Assembly (NCBI RefSeq): GCF_036588685.1 | Contig: NC_086373.1 | Location: 4,340,001-4,404,000 of the forward strand | Reading direction: 5' to 3' | Origin: Mytilus trossulus | Taxonomy: Eukaryota | DNA: 64,000 nucleotides | Shown: positions 1 through 13,473 of the stretch, piece after piece | How positions within the stretch are numbered: position 1 is the stretch's first letter | Layout: every line of letters begins with the position of its first letter | Made by a program: the position numbers and the translations under genes | Notes under the pieces: generated by a model | What the model was told of the DNA's origin: nothing | Seen by the model: the letters and a program-made list of their open reading frames with translations, nothing else | Databases searched by the model: none

Positions 1-308
1 CAAAATCTAGTTTCTAGAAAGGAAACTTTGTTAATATTTGGTACCTATGTATCTGTATTTTATTATAAATGGACTTAGTTTTTCTTCCAGTTAACATTAC
101 ATACAGTCTGCAGTTAAAGTTTTTAAAACATTTATTGGATTCATAAACTATCCTGAAATTTTTACCAAACTTGGACAGAAGCTTTTTACAATCAAAAGAT
201 AGTATCAAGAGGAATATTTTTATTGATTGTTTTCCTCTTCTTTGTTGAGCCTGGGAGTTACAGCAAAAGTAGGCGAGACACTGGGTTCCGCGGAACCCGT
301 ACAAATTT
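1..308 (+). mobile_element. 3' end of a non-autonomous Helentron-associated (HINE-like) element
   Basis: Near-identical to the 3' end of the element at 51541-52587 (gagcct...aggcgagacactgggttccgcggaaccc hairpin followed by a T-rich end). Confidence 0.7.
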
Positions 309-734
309 TTCTTCAAGTCAACTTTACGAAACAAAAAAATTTCAATGTATTCCTTTCAAAATTGGAAATTTTTGTATAACCTACATGTAGGCATGTAGCT
401 TGGAAAAAAGCTTTGTGATTTATTCTTTTTTGAAAGATTTGGTCATAAACTACATTTTGGCGAGGTTAAACAAATGTTTTTGTTTTTTTGTATTAAATAG
501 ACCCCGAACCCCTCCATCTACAGTTAGGGAGGGCTTAATTTAGACATCCTTATCCACAGAGTGTGTCTCTGAAAAGTTCAGATTACTATTTACTAAAAGG
601 TTTCGAGAATTTAAATCTTTCAGTTTTTGTAAGAAATAGTATTTTACTTGATGTAATAAAAATAATGATAACATTTTAGAGAACAGCATTTACATGCTTA
701 TCAACTTGTATGCCATTTATGGTCTGCATGTAAT

Positions 735-783
735 TGAGGTGGACAAGTTTTGTATACAATGTATACAAAACTTGTCCACCTCA
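735..783. repeat. Perfect 49-bp palindrome (24-bp arms, 1-nt spacer)
   Basis: tgaggtggacaagttttgtataca-a-tgtatacaaaacttgtccacctca; the arms are exact reverse complements. Confidence 0.9.
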
Positions 784-2258
784 TATTTACATCACATCTC
801 CTATTTTTAGTAGTTTAAACATTGTGCCAATTTGTCATTAGTGTGACGTACAGTAATCCAATACTGAAGTCCCAGCAACCAACAAATCGTTCCCCAACAG
901 TACCCAATATAGGTACAGTGTAAATAGATCAATGTGTAATGAACTGAGCTTTACTACTGAACAGGAGTATTGATCAGCACTGAGGGATGTATTTAATTAT
1001 ATGATCATCCTCTAGTGAAGTCAAAGGTACATGTCATTTGTATACAGATAGGATACTACACTAGTATTTTCAATAGAAGCACTAGTTCTGCACTGGTAAT
1101 GCACATCTAAACATCCATTTCTAAAGTAGATGTTATTAAATTAACTGTTTGGTTATAGATCACATGTTGTTCAATTTTGTATATTCCTGCAGATGGCGCT
1201 ATCAAATTGACATTTAAAAAAACTTAAGGACTGCTGGTTCATTTTGCTGTTCCAACACAATTATAAAATTTTAAAAATGGAAATGGGGAATGTGTCAAAG
1301 AGACAACAACAGGACCAAACAGCAACACAGTGAGAAAATCCCATAGACAGAGGTGTGCTTTAACTGGCCCTGAATTACCAAAAACTGTACTAGTCAGAAT
1401 ATAATATCATGCCATTGGTTTAGATATCCATTCTTTAGGACTTTGTTAAACATGTTTAAACAATCGAAATGTTTTGCATTTTGAATATATTGGAAGTAAA
1501 TTTATGATTGCTGGTGTTTAACACCACTTACAATGTACAGCACTATTGGGTATATCATGTCATCTAGCATTAAATGGTGGAGGACCAGAAAAGTCTTTTA
1601 AATTTTGGAAATAAAGCAATAACAGGCATGATAGAGGAATGAAAGAAGGAGGAACAGGTGAAAGCAAAAAAAAAATACCCTTATTTATTACTTTGGGTTT
1701 AATACAAAATGTAACACAATAACTTCCTAAAAATATATTTACATCTATATATTTTCAAAGCTGTGGGTTGACTTTTATCTGTTTTAGCTCTTAGCGTAAT
1801 GTATCTCAAATCTATATCTGAGTTCTGATCAGATATTTGTGTCTTTACTCTGTCAGTTTGGTGTTCATTTCACTTTGCAAAATCCATGTTTACATGTGTT
1901 ATAAAAAAAATTAATACATGTAACCCCACTTTAAGGTAACCTTGGAATATGGATTTTCAACTGATAGATATTGATAGTTTTGACAATAATTTTCCAATTA
2001 ATTTCTTTTTTATCAGATCCATCTCAGAATTCTGAAGAAAAAAAATGATTTAATCACCTAAATATTAATGGAAAAGTTCGAGTATTTAATAAGGACCTTA
2101 GAACAAGGGTATAAAATGAGGTTTATGCTTGGCAGTTCTTAGACTTAAAGCCAATTACAGAAACATTAAGATTAAAACACGGACTGTTTTTGATGTTGCC
2201 AAATATTATGTCATAAAGTCTAATTTTCAGTTCTTATCTACAAAGTGTCTAAACCTAC

Positions 2259-2531
2259 TTGTCTCTTTGCTATACATCTCCTTTGCCATTTGATGTGGTC
2301 CAATGTTGTTAACATTTTCCCCTGTCCATTGTTATATAAATAGTCCACAACTTCAGTTTTGATTATTTTTTCAACTGCAAAAACACCACCATTTTTGTAT
2401 GCATCTATTAGACGGCCACCACCACTAAAGTTAACAAATTTGTAAATGGGATTTCTCGCCATTTCTTTGTTTTGTTGCCGCCATGCTGAATCTGGATCCT
2501 CATTATTCTTACGAAAACAGAGATTTCCCAT
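2259..2531 (-). CDS. First coding exon of a TRPV-family cation channel (Nanchung/OCR-2-like N-terminus); gene continues beyond the left edge
   Basis: MGNLC...PIYKFVNFSGGGRLID...IKTEVVDYLYNNGQGK resembles the recalled Nanchung N-terminus (LYKFVNLKGGGLLV...KVEPFLYNKGAG). Phase-0 donor GTAGGT at 2258. An alternative in-frame ATG lies at 2537, and an upstream polypyrimidine/AG acceptor at about 2728. Confidence 0.8.
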
Positions 2532-5165
2532 TTTCATTTGGAGAAACTTTTTTTCTTCTCAGTTTTTAAGGAATAAATGCATATGTAAGATACAGATGTG
2601 ATAATATATGACAGAAAGTAAATCCTTCTATACTATTTAATGTTTTTAAAGTTATGATGATATCCATTGTTGCTCAGCATTGAAATCACATGTTCTTGTC
2701 CTCCTCACTCCATGTCTTATTTTATATCTAAAAAAATAAAATCAGAAAATTAATTATATAATCAATAACAATCTGGTTATACATTTGTATGTGAGTCCAC
2801 TTCAGCTAATGTTTGAAAACATATTGAGCTACTACAGTCAAAACAAACGCTGAACATTAAATATGTGCAGTTAAACTCAGTTTACTTGGAGCATGGTACA
2901 AATGTAATTCATTGTCCAACATTTTGCCTTGTACCTAACATTTCAAATAGGTTTTATTTTAAATAAGGATAAGTTGCTTGCAGTGTAGATGATAGAACTT
3001 ATATCTATACCATTTGATTTTTCTTGCTTTAAGTATGGATAATAATACATTACAATAATTAAATTATTATCCTTTTTCCTCTACATGTATGTATTACATG
3101 TACAATATTTTACGAAAGTACCTGATGAAGTCGAATAACAGAAATTTAATTCACGTTCAACAAATCTTAGTGTGCTTTTTTCAAAACAATACACATTTCT
3201 ATTATCCTTAGCACCCACACTTGAGAATTAAATAAGTATACAACAAATGTCTATACCAAAGACAACAACTGTGGTATATCAAGCACAATGCTTGTAAATT
3301 CAATTATATTTCAAGTGTTATTTCCTTTTAATTCAAGGAGTTGCAAGCATACTTGATTGATGGTAAAGTATTAATGGCTTTATAAGTCGAAGGCCAAATA
3401 AAAACAATGTTATCAGAAGGTCTTCTAGTATAAAGCACTTTTTTATTTTGATACTTTAAAATTTGTTTACATTTAATTTATTACCTTTCTAATTCTTTAA
3501 CAATGTTGATTTCACTATGTACAAACATTATATATATGTAATCTCTGGGTCTGTATGCGATATGTCATTAAATTCACCTTAACTGTTTAATCCTTGACGG
3601 TAAATCCACAATGAAATTGTTTGAAGTATACATGGATCATATAAGAAAACCTAAACACAAAAGCCCACATGCCTGAAACTCTATACCAAGTTAGAAAATA
3701 GGAAAGAAATGGAGATGATAACAATTTCAGAACAGAAATTGATTCAGATTTATTAATATATTCCAAACAGGAATCTTCACATTAAATTATTCAATAAGAC
3801 CATCTTATACATTGTATATATATATATATATATATGAACACGACTTAGGCCATTTTTCTGAATAAAGAAAATGTTTGATCTTCACATCAAATTTTATAAT
3901 CATGTACAAATGTACATTAGTTCACTGTCAAATACAAACCTCATACTGTATTTACATGGTATCACACACTTTTTGCCATCTGACAGCCTGTTATTGCTGT
4001 CTAAATTCTTTTATGATAATCATGTTTATTTGACTGTTTTGAAGGTATTTTATCAGTTTTATCAATAATTCAATTTGAAATATATGGTTTGATGGGCTTG
4101 TGGCATTTGACGACAAATCTATCAGAATGAACAAAATTAAGTGTGCCACTGCTACAAAATTTTTCATCTATATCATTGAGAAAAGATAACTTCAGTGCTG
4201 GACTGACAACCTATAGCTAACTTTCCTGATTTATCATGTTAATAGAAGATTTCGAAAACAAGTAGTTTTGACTTGACATTTGTACATTGTACATCCCTAT
4301 CATATAAGTTCAACACATAGAAACAGACACACAAAGGTGTTAAAATACATTTAATCTCTTATAAACTTATTTAAAACCATATATTATTAGAGTAAATACA
4401 CTTATGACATCTATTTCTATAAGAGATGCATTTAATAGGACTTCGCTGACTAAAATGCCCCCATGGAGATTTTGAGAAGTTGACATGTATGCATGTCTGA
4501 CAAGTATCATGACATTATGAGATATGAGACTGTTGTATTATTGAACAGATTGATAAAAGTATTCGTTACAAATTAATGTCTATAAAAAAATTGACACCAT
4601 TTCAAAAAGGTTCAAGTGTGCATTTTTAAATGCTCTTTATTCAATTAAATATCCATATATCACCAAGAAAATTGATGTCAGTTTTTGGTTTTACAAGGTA
4701 TTTAGAAGTTAACAAAGTACTAATAGCAATGTTTTTAAAATTCAATACTATAAATTATATTGTTTGCTACCAGTTCCAAGCCAGATCTATAGTGGATCAT
4801 ATCAGTAGACAAAAGTATAGTGAATAAATCTTCAATACTTTACAAAAGTCTAATTTCAGATCTTGCCTCGAGCTGTTATAAAAATTGTGTCTTTGAGTTA
4901 ATTATTTTTGTAAAATTAGAGTGTTTACAAGGTTAACCATATACAGATCTTAAGAGGATCAGATCAGTAGACAAAAGTATAATAAAATTGAGAATGGAAA
5001 TGGGGAATTTGTCAAAGAGACAACAACCCGACCATAGAAAAAAACAACAGCAGAAGGTCACCAACTGGTCTTCAATGTAGCAAGAAATTCCCGCACCAGG
5101 AGGCGTCCTTTACATAATGAATTTATTGTAAACAGGACTTTAATTGATAAGTTTTGTATAAAAAT

Positions 5166-6259
5166 AAACAAGAGTGCACACACTGAAATGTCTCACCTTC
5201 TTTACTAATCATTGATATTATGATGATCGTCCTAAATATAAAGCTTTAGTACTACTGTTACATAAACTCAACATTAACCAAGAAAAACATTGATCAATGA
5301 ACCATGAAAATGATGTCAAGGTCAGATGAACCATGCCAGGCAGACATGTACAGCTAACAATTCTTCCATACAACAAATATAGTTGACATATTGCTTATAA
5401 ATTAAGAAAAAGACCAAAACATAAAAAAACTTTACAATTAGCAATAAATAGTGAAAATGAGGTCAAGGTCAAATAAAACCCTGCATGACAGACATATAGA
5501 TCATAAAATATTTCCATACACCAAATGTAGTTGACCTATTATTGCAATTAGTATTAGAAAAAAAGACCAAAACTCAAAAACTTAATTTTGACTACTGAAC
5601 CATGAAAATGAGGTCAAAGTCAGATGACACCTGTCAGCTAGACATGTACACCTTACAATTATTCCATACACCAAATATAGTAGACCTATTGCATATACAT
5701 TGTATATAGTTTAAGAAAAACAGAGCAAAACACAAAAACTTAACTATAACCGATGAACCATGAATATGAGGTCAAGGTCAGATGACACCTGCCAGTTGGA
5801 CATGTACACCTTACAGTCCTTCCATACACCAAATATACTAGAACTATTGCTTATAGACTTATTCATGTAGTATCTGAGATATGGACTTGACCACCAAAAC
5901 TTAACCTAGTTCCCTGATCCATGAAATGAGGTTAAGGTCAGGTGAAACTGTCTGACAGGCATAAAGAACTTTCAAGGTATGCACAAACCAAGTCATACCA
6001 AGTATAGTTATCGTAATACTTATAATAAGAGAGAATTTAACATTACAAAAAATCTTAGCTTTTTTTTCAAGTAGTCACTGAACTATGAAAATGAGGTCAA
6101 GGACATTGGACATGTGACTGACTGAAATTTCATAACATGAGGCAATTATATACAAAGTGTGAAGCATCCAGTTCTTCCACCTTCTAAAATGTTATAGCTA
6201 ATACCGTCGCCAGATTATTGTCAAGTTTTCTGCAACAAAAGTTGCAGGCTCGACAAAAA
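5166..6259 (-). mobile_element. HINE-like element with about 6 internal 150-165-bp tandem repeats
   Basis: On the - strand it starts tttttgtcgagcctgcaacttttgttgcag (same 5' signature as 51541) and ends gtgtgcactcttgtt. The unit marker catgaaaatgaggtcaaggtca recurs at about 5302, 5451, 5600, 5758, 5919 and 6083. Confidence 0.7.
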
Positions 6260-8534
6260 TGAATACAATATTTATAACATTAGGGGGTGGGACAGGGAGG
6301 TCTCAAATTCCTCACACTTCACTCCCCCTCAACCCAGCTGCCTCAACCCCTATAAAATATAATTTTTGGCATACAGTGTAAATGTCTTTAACTACGTGCT
6401 AAGCTGACAGAAAAAAAATGGTCCTGAACACATCAAATTTTCACAAAATTCATCACTCTAATTACATGTAGTAAATGTAGGTTTAAAATTTGTATTTTTC
6501 ATAAAGTTTCATTAAGTAAAATTTCTTACATCTGCTGCAAATCATTAGATCAAGAAAACACCTAAATTATTTTACAAAACATACATTATGTGGTATGGGC
6601 TTTCCTCATTGTTGAAGGCTGTACGCCGAACAGTGACCTATAGTTGTTAATGTTTGTGTCATTTTGGTCTTTTGTGGATAGTTGTCTAATTGGCAATCAT
6701 ACCACATCTTCTTTTTTATATTTTTCAATCGATAGATTTTCACATTCAAAAACTTTTAAACTCTCTAAAAATAATCCAGCAGGTCACGAATGGAATCAAC
6801 AGTATTTCTTATATAATAGCTTGGTTCATGTAAGAAAATAAATGTATACCTTTATTCAAAGATTAGGGCTAAGGCATACTAGACTTTTAATGGAGAATGA
6901 AAGGTTACATTACATGCAATATATACTCTGTGGAAAATACAGTATTTGAGGAGTTACAAATTGTTGAAAAACACTATATCATATAAATATATTTACAAAA
7001 TAAGTAGAAAAGTTTGTACCAAGGAACTATTTGGTTCAGATCAAGTGAAAAAATGGACAATTCAATTTGAAGGACAAGACCCTGAAATGGGCTGTGCAAG
7101 TAAAAATCTATGTGTTGTTATGCTATTGCACCAATTAGCATATCATTTGTACAACAAACCATATTTCATTTGTGCTAAAATTATACATTTCATTTAATTT
7201 GCACCAATAAAACATAGGTATGATAGTACATGTAGTAAAATGAATATAATTTATGTATTAAATGGAAATAGCTGTGTTGTCTTCATTTTGACTAAGCAAT
7301 TTCTCAGACAATCTTTTGGATGATTATCTAGTTAACTGATAGTCAAATTACTGTTTTTTAAATCTTCAATACTTTACAAAAGTTTAATTTCAGATCTTGC
7401 CTCGAGCTGTTATAAAAATTGTGTCTTTGTGTTTATTAGTTTTGTAAAATTAGAGTGTTTTCAAGGTTAACCATATACAATGACGTAATCAAAATACAAG
7501 ATAATTGATCTGACAAATTAATTAGCAATACAATCTTCTTTATGCATGTAAATTTATTAATGATATTTTCAATTGAATATATATCTAGAGTACAGCACCG
7601 AGCATAAAGTACAACAGGTTTTAAATGAAGTTGTTACAATATGTACATGTAGTTATACATGAGGAATATTCAGTCAACATTATATATAGATGATTTTTTT
7701 TTTTTAATTCTGTACATTTTTTGTATGTTATACATGTAACTTTAGCCTTTTTGAGATATTTTTATTTAGCCCTAAAGGAATATAATTTTCAGTGTAATAA
7801 ATGTTCAAGAGAATTTACATATATAGTAAAAAAAAATTAAAAGTGCATTATGGCATTTGTTAATGCCAATATTTTATAAGAAAATTCAGAAAGCTACATG
7901 TACTTTCCCTGATACTAACTTGATCCCTTGAATACCATTGAATACAATCCTATATTCACAGCATTTGTCATCTAAAAGTTGTTGCCCTTATTAGTTTTAA
8001 GGAATGTGCAATATTTTCTCCTGAATTGAAAACAAAATTTGTTTGCACAGTAAAATGATATTCATATTAATAATAAACAATTTGGGAGATATTGGACCTA
8101 TTCAAACTCATGTCTGACAGATAAATTAAGGGCTAAACCAAAAAAAAAAATAAACTGTAATATTTAATGTAACCTGATTATTTGGGGCACAGAAATACTC
8201 AAGAGTCAGAATCTAAAGTAATTGGCTGTCAATTACAAATGAATTACATGACTACACATTAAAGAAAACATACAGTGTTTACATGAGGGGATGGGGACCT
8301 TTATCAGGGACTCCATAATCTGGTGTTTTTCAGCTCTGGATTTCAGGATTGATCCTTTTTGGCTACTTTGAGATCGTCGGAAGTTACATTCATTTAAATT
8401 GGGACCTCAGGGTTTCATATTTTTAAGCCTGGGATTTCGGGATCAGAACTCCCTTCGTACATGTACTTGTAAATTTGATATTCTTTGTTTTCGAAAAAAA
8501 ATTGAGGGGTGGTTCAGTTTGCGAAATTAATCTG

Positions 8535-9641
8535 GATATCAGGTCCATTTGCGCCCAATACAATTTCGCACCCTACATGTTCCCACCTAGCACGATCACA
8601 CTCTACACGTTCGCACACAATTTTAATTCAAATTCCAGTTGAATAATTGGAAAATCATGATTGTTGTTTTAAATTGCAATGGTGTAAATATGGAATGTAT
8701 TTATAGCTTGGTATGAGTTAAACATTGAAGATTTTACATGATAAAATTTATTCAACACACAAAAAAAAATGTAGTCAGATTCTCATTTTATTTTGAAACA
8801 AGTCAGTGAAACAAAGTTATAGCAATACACTAACCAAAACATGATTAAGAGTTATTCAACACAAAAAAAAAACTTTGACAGAATCCCACTCACGACTTTA
8901 TTTGGAAAGGATTATTATTTTTTTTAACAATAAACTCTCCAAAACATGATTAATATTTATTCAACACAAAAAAAAAATGCTGTCTCACTTTATTTAGAGA
9001 CAATGACAATGATTAATATTTTTCAATTTTTCAATTACAGTAGAAAAATCAATAAAAAAATCAGGAAAATTTCCCGAATTTTCATTCTACTAATGAACTC
9101 AAAATCGTTAACTTTTTTTTCAGATCTACCTCCTGTTCCTGTTTTCCCCGCATTTGCGCAGATATCTGTCATGTATGCATGAGACTTTGAAAAACAATTA
9201 TATTTATCAGTCTAGTGAACATGGTGAACTATTAAATTGGATCTCAATACAAATTCAATTTTAATATTTTTTTTATATGAAAAAACGTTACCTGATTAAA
9301 GCGTTTCTTTTGTTTACATCGAATATGACATCATAACTAAAAGAACGTCACAGCTCAATCCCTTACAACAGAACCAAAATCGGGAACGTTACATACGGTA
9401 TTTCGGTTTCTTTTATTAACATGTTTGAATTAAACAAAATAATACATACAGACTTCGTCCCCATTCACAGGTTATGCCTGCCTCATATTATTTATAAAAA
9501 TACACTTGCCAAAACTTGATTACAAGTTATTAAACAAAAAAAACAATTAAAATTGAGCGCGAACATGACTTTAAGTGCGAAAGTGAAAGGGGGTGAATAT
9601 GAGTGGGTGCGATTGGGAAGGGTGCGAATGGACCTGGATTC
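8535..9641. mobile_element. Non-autonomous TIR element, Mutator (MULE)-like
   Basis: Imperfect TIRs (gatatcaggtccatttgcgccc / gggtgcgaatggacctggattc), subterminal ttcgcac-type repeats, and a 9-bp TSD with one mismatch (attaatctg / ataaatctg). Confidence 0.7.
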
Positions 9642-10207
9642 ATAAATCTGTGGCAGTTTTTGTTGTGCTGGTAAATTTCTCCATTTACTTCGGAGCACTC
9701 TGTCGTATACAGGTACAATGTATAAGGTTACCAATTGAAAAGTGATGGTGTTAGGAAAAAAAATAAAAAATATATCACTAAAAGTTCCTTTTTTACATAA
9801 TCAGTTTATTCACTTTATTGTGTGTAAAAGTCTTATTAGGATTTTACACATATAGTTTGATGATTGTGGTCATTATAAGATGAACGCAGATCTAGAAGAA
9901 GAAATAATAACCTACATTTTTGTATAGCCATTTAGGGGACAACTTGACCAGATTATGGCAGATATTCTAAAACCTACAATCTGGTCAATCAAAAATTTAT
10001 CATTTAAAATATTTGAAAATCACAAAATGTTCATTCCAATGAACTGTCACTTTGTTTACTTTTTTTGTTTTAAAAAAACGAGGGATTTATGCGTTTCCAT
10101 GACATTTTGTAAACAGTTTTTCTATTTTTAACCGACTGTCGATTTCTACATTGGAAGCACGTTCTTCAGAACGACAGATTTATTATGATATGTAAAACAT
10201 GGCTTAC

Positions 10208-11222
10208 CTATGACAATAGAAGAAGTTATTTAATGCACACTTTACACTTAACAAAAGTGTTTTTCACTTGTCAATAAATTATTTTGCTCCATTTTATGTC
10301 AACACCACGTGATCATTTACGTAACAGGAAATGAACGTAATTTTGATTAAAAGCTACTTTCGGTATGCAAAACCCGAGACCAATCTCAAAGTGATTTGAT
10401 TGTCCAAATTTTCTATACAAAAATATAATTTTTAGGAATAAAATAGAAATTTGATTGAGTATGAAAAGGCGTTTTTGATTTATTGTTTGTTATTCTTTAA
10501 AGACTTTCTGTAAAGTGTATTTCTCCAAAAAGTGGGTCTCACTAATAAGCAACAAGAAGCGTCAAGAAGCGACAAGAAGAATAAGTTTAGCGACAAGAAC
10601 CGTCAAGAAGACATCTACATCTACATCTATACTTGAAAAGGGTACTTTGACCCGTCACTCAAGTATAGTTTAACTTTTTACGTCCTCCAACATGACAATA
10701 AACTTTCTATATTTACAACCAATGGTTCCAAAACTATGCTAAAAATTCATATACAGGTGCAGGTTAAAACATTTCTACCAGTATCTAGACTATTTATCAA
10801 CAAGAAATCATTCTGTTTTAGAATAGAGAAATATTTACTTAATTTTATTTGTAATAAACGGGCAGAAATAAATATTTTTTTATAATATTAATCAAGGATT
10901 TGTATAGTTTGTATTTAAAGATGAAGAAATTAAACATTTGTGAGGAAAAAAAGGACTGGTTGGGTAAGCAAGATGACATTTTTGCAATTACAAAAGATGA
11001 AAGATCACCTATTGTTCTACGAAGGGTAAAAAAATGTAAACTTCCAAAATTGATCAACTCAATAAATTAAAAGTACACACAATGTTAACTGAACATCAAA
11101 TGTCTTCTTGTCGCTTCTCGACGCTTTTTGTCGCCTTTTGTCGCTAATTAGTGAGACCGCAAAAAGTTATCCACAGCCCGTATTTGTGTAAAATTACAAT
11201 CATTTTAAATTTCCGGTCCACC
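10208..11222. promoter_or_regulatory. Putative bidirectional promoter between the TRPV 5' non-coding exon (-) and CDPF1 (+)
   Basis: Strong - strand donor AG|GTAAGC at 10207, E-box ccacgtga at about 10305, ETS-like caggaaat/ttccgg motifs, CDPF1 ATG at 11223. Transcription start positions are inferred. Confidence 0.4.
10534..11159. mobile_element. MITE with 8-bp TSD (hAT/Merlin/P-type; superfamily unresolved)
   Basis: TIR ggtctcactaat / attagtgagacc, subterminal gcgacaagaa repeats in inverted orientation, exact TSD caaaaagt at 10526-10533 and 11160-11167. Confidence 0.85.
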
Positions 11223-11317
11223 ATGGAAGAAAACAAGCGATTTTTGTGTCATGCTTGTAAATTTTCAAGCACTTATCAATATTTTGGGACAAATCCAAAT
11301 TTTGCAAAGAATATCAT
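11223..11317 (+). CDS. CDPF1: Cysteine-rich DPF motif domain-containing protein 1, exon 1 of 4
   Basis: MEENKRFLCHACKFSSTYQYFGTNPNFAKNI; CxxC..Y.Y.G..P pattern of CDPF1; phase-2 donor GTAAG at 11318. Confidence 0.9.
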
Positions 11318-11458
11318 GTAAGAAGTCTAAATCATTATCTAAACTTTTATCTAGGTTTTTGTATGAAACTGGCTATAAGATAAGCCTGAAGAGTGAAGTT
11401 TATAATTTTGGCCCCATCAAAAAATTATGAGAACCATTATAAATTTACAGAGAACAAA

Positions 11459-12664
11459 TGTGAGCCAAAATTTGTTCCTGTGAAAAAAGTTCCGGTGGAA
11501 CATATTTCATATGAAATAAGTCCCGGGAGAACTTTTTTTCCTGTGAAAAAAGTTCCGGTGGAACATATTTCATATGATGTCCTGGGAGAACTTTTTTCAC
11601 AGACAATTTCTATATAATTTGTTCCATCTCTATGAAATAAGTTCCGGGTTGGTGAAATTTGTTGCTTACCTAGTGAAATAAGTTCCATGTTTGTGATATT
11701 TGTTCCTTAACTGGTAAAATAAGTTCTGGATTTATGAGAATTGTTCCTCACCTGGTGAAATAAGTTCCATGTCTGTGAAATATGTTCCACTGGTTGAACA
11801 AGTTATCTTACATACTGAGCACTTGTCATCAGTGAGTTTAAAGTCATTAAAAAAAAATCATGTATTATATTGAAAATGGGATTAATAAAAAATGTGTTAA
11901 CATCCAATTTGGATCATGTGGAGTAAAACAAAAGTTTAATAACTTACTCAATTTATAATACTAAAAATGACACTTATGAACCAGGAAAGAGCAGAATAAA
12001 AAAATAATAATAAAAGTCATTCCCAAAAAAAGTATAATAGTTAAAGATGAACATTTGTACTTTTTTTTGAAAAGGACTAAGTGACTGATCAATTATATTA
12101 AAAGACATAAAGAAACAAAATACACACTCTTTTAAAACTGTGCAATGACCATAGCTAAAAACATGTATGATTAGAACACCCATGACAGATCAACAGGCAA
12201 CAAGGAGATCAAATACCACATAAATGATAAAACATACATTTTAGATATAAATTATGATACATGATCATCCCTTTTATTTCTTATCTTCATCCTACAGTCA
12301 TGCCTTTAATTACAAATGTACCCCATGCTAGCACTGTACTTATTTTCTCAGTGTGAAATAGGTTGGAGCAGAACATTTTCTGAAAAATGATTGATTTCTA
12401 TATATTTAATACCTTCGTTCAAAACTAATATCACAGGAACTTATTTCACTTATTTTTTAAAATTTTAATATTGGAACAAAACTCATGGTGCTGTGATTTT
12501 TGTTCCTGGAACTTATTTCGTACTTGGTTGAAAAATTAGTTCCGGAACAAATTTTTTAGTGCTGGAAAATATTTTCTGTGACATAAGTTCCGGTGGAACA
12601 TATTTCATATGAAATTTGTTCCGGCGGAACAAATATCACGCCGGAACAAATATTTTGTTACACA
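11459..12664. mobile_element. Degenerate non-autonomous TIR element in CDPF1 intron 1
   Basis: Imperfect TGT...ACA termini (tgtgagccaaaatttgttcc / ggaacaaatattttgttacaca) and many aagttcc/ggaac subterminal repeats at both ends; no clear TSD. Confidence 0.55.
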
Positions 12665-12702
12665 AACTCCACCCCTGATGTGTAGATTGTGTTTTTGTCT
12701 GG

Positions 12703-13473
12703 TTTTTAACCGGATTTTTGTGACAAAAATGTAGGTTATTGATTTGGGGATGCTCGGCGGGCGGGCGGTCGGCCGGGCGGCAATCAAATATTGTCTGTGC
12801 ATTAACTCATGAACCGTTCAACCAAAGCTTTTAAAATTTTAATATGTTGTTACTTACAACTAAATGAAGGTCAAGTTCAATAATGGAGATTTTGACTTTT
12901 ACCGTTCAGGAGTTATGGTTCTTGAAAGATTGAAAAATGGTGTTTCCAGTAGTGTCCGTGCATTTACGCATGAACCGTTCTACCAAAGCTTCCCAAATTT
13001 TAACATGTTGTTACGATGACAAAATAGAGGTCAAGTTCAATAATGATGATTTGGACTTTTACCGTTCAGGAGTTATGGTTCTTGAAAGATCGTAAAATGG
13101 CGTTTCCAGTTGTGTCCGTGCATTTACCCATGAACTGTTCTACCAAAGCTTCCCAAATTTTGATATATTGTTACTGATGACTAAATGGAGGTCAAGTTCA
13201 ATAATGACGATTTTGACCTTTACCGTTCAGGAGTTATGGTTCTTGAAAGATCGTAAAATGGTGTTTCCATTCACTTTGTTGCATTTACTCACGAACCATT
13301 CAATCTAAGCTTTTCAAATTTTAATATGTTGATACTGATGATAAAATAGAGGTCAAATTTGATATTGACTATTTTCACTTTCAACAATCATCAGTAATGG
13401 TTCTTGTGATATTGCCAGGACACAAATAAATGCTAATTAATCTGGTTTGCTGTCGTTGTGACAGCCTCTTGTT
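12703..13473 (+). mobile_element. HINE-like element with about 4 copies of a ~160-bp internal repeat
   Basis: T-run start, subterminal inverted repeat (aaccggattt / aatctggttt), (GGCG)n tract, unit marker gtcaagttcaataat at 12870, 13030 and 13191, 3' hairpin gctgtcgttgtgacagc followed by cttgtt. Confidence 0.75.

Noticed and set aside
1680-2032. Further TRPV coding exons on the - strand (acceptor-like sites at about 2032 and 1727)
   Set aside because: The phase-0 readings hit stop codons before a convincing donor and show no TRPV similarity.
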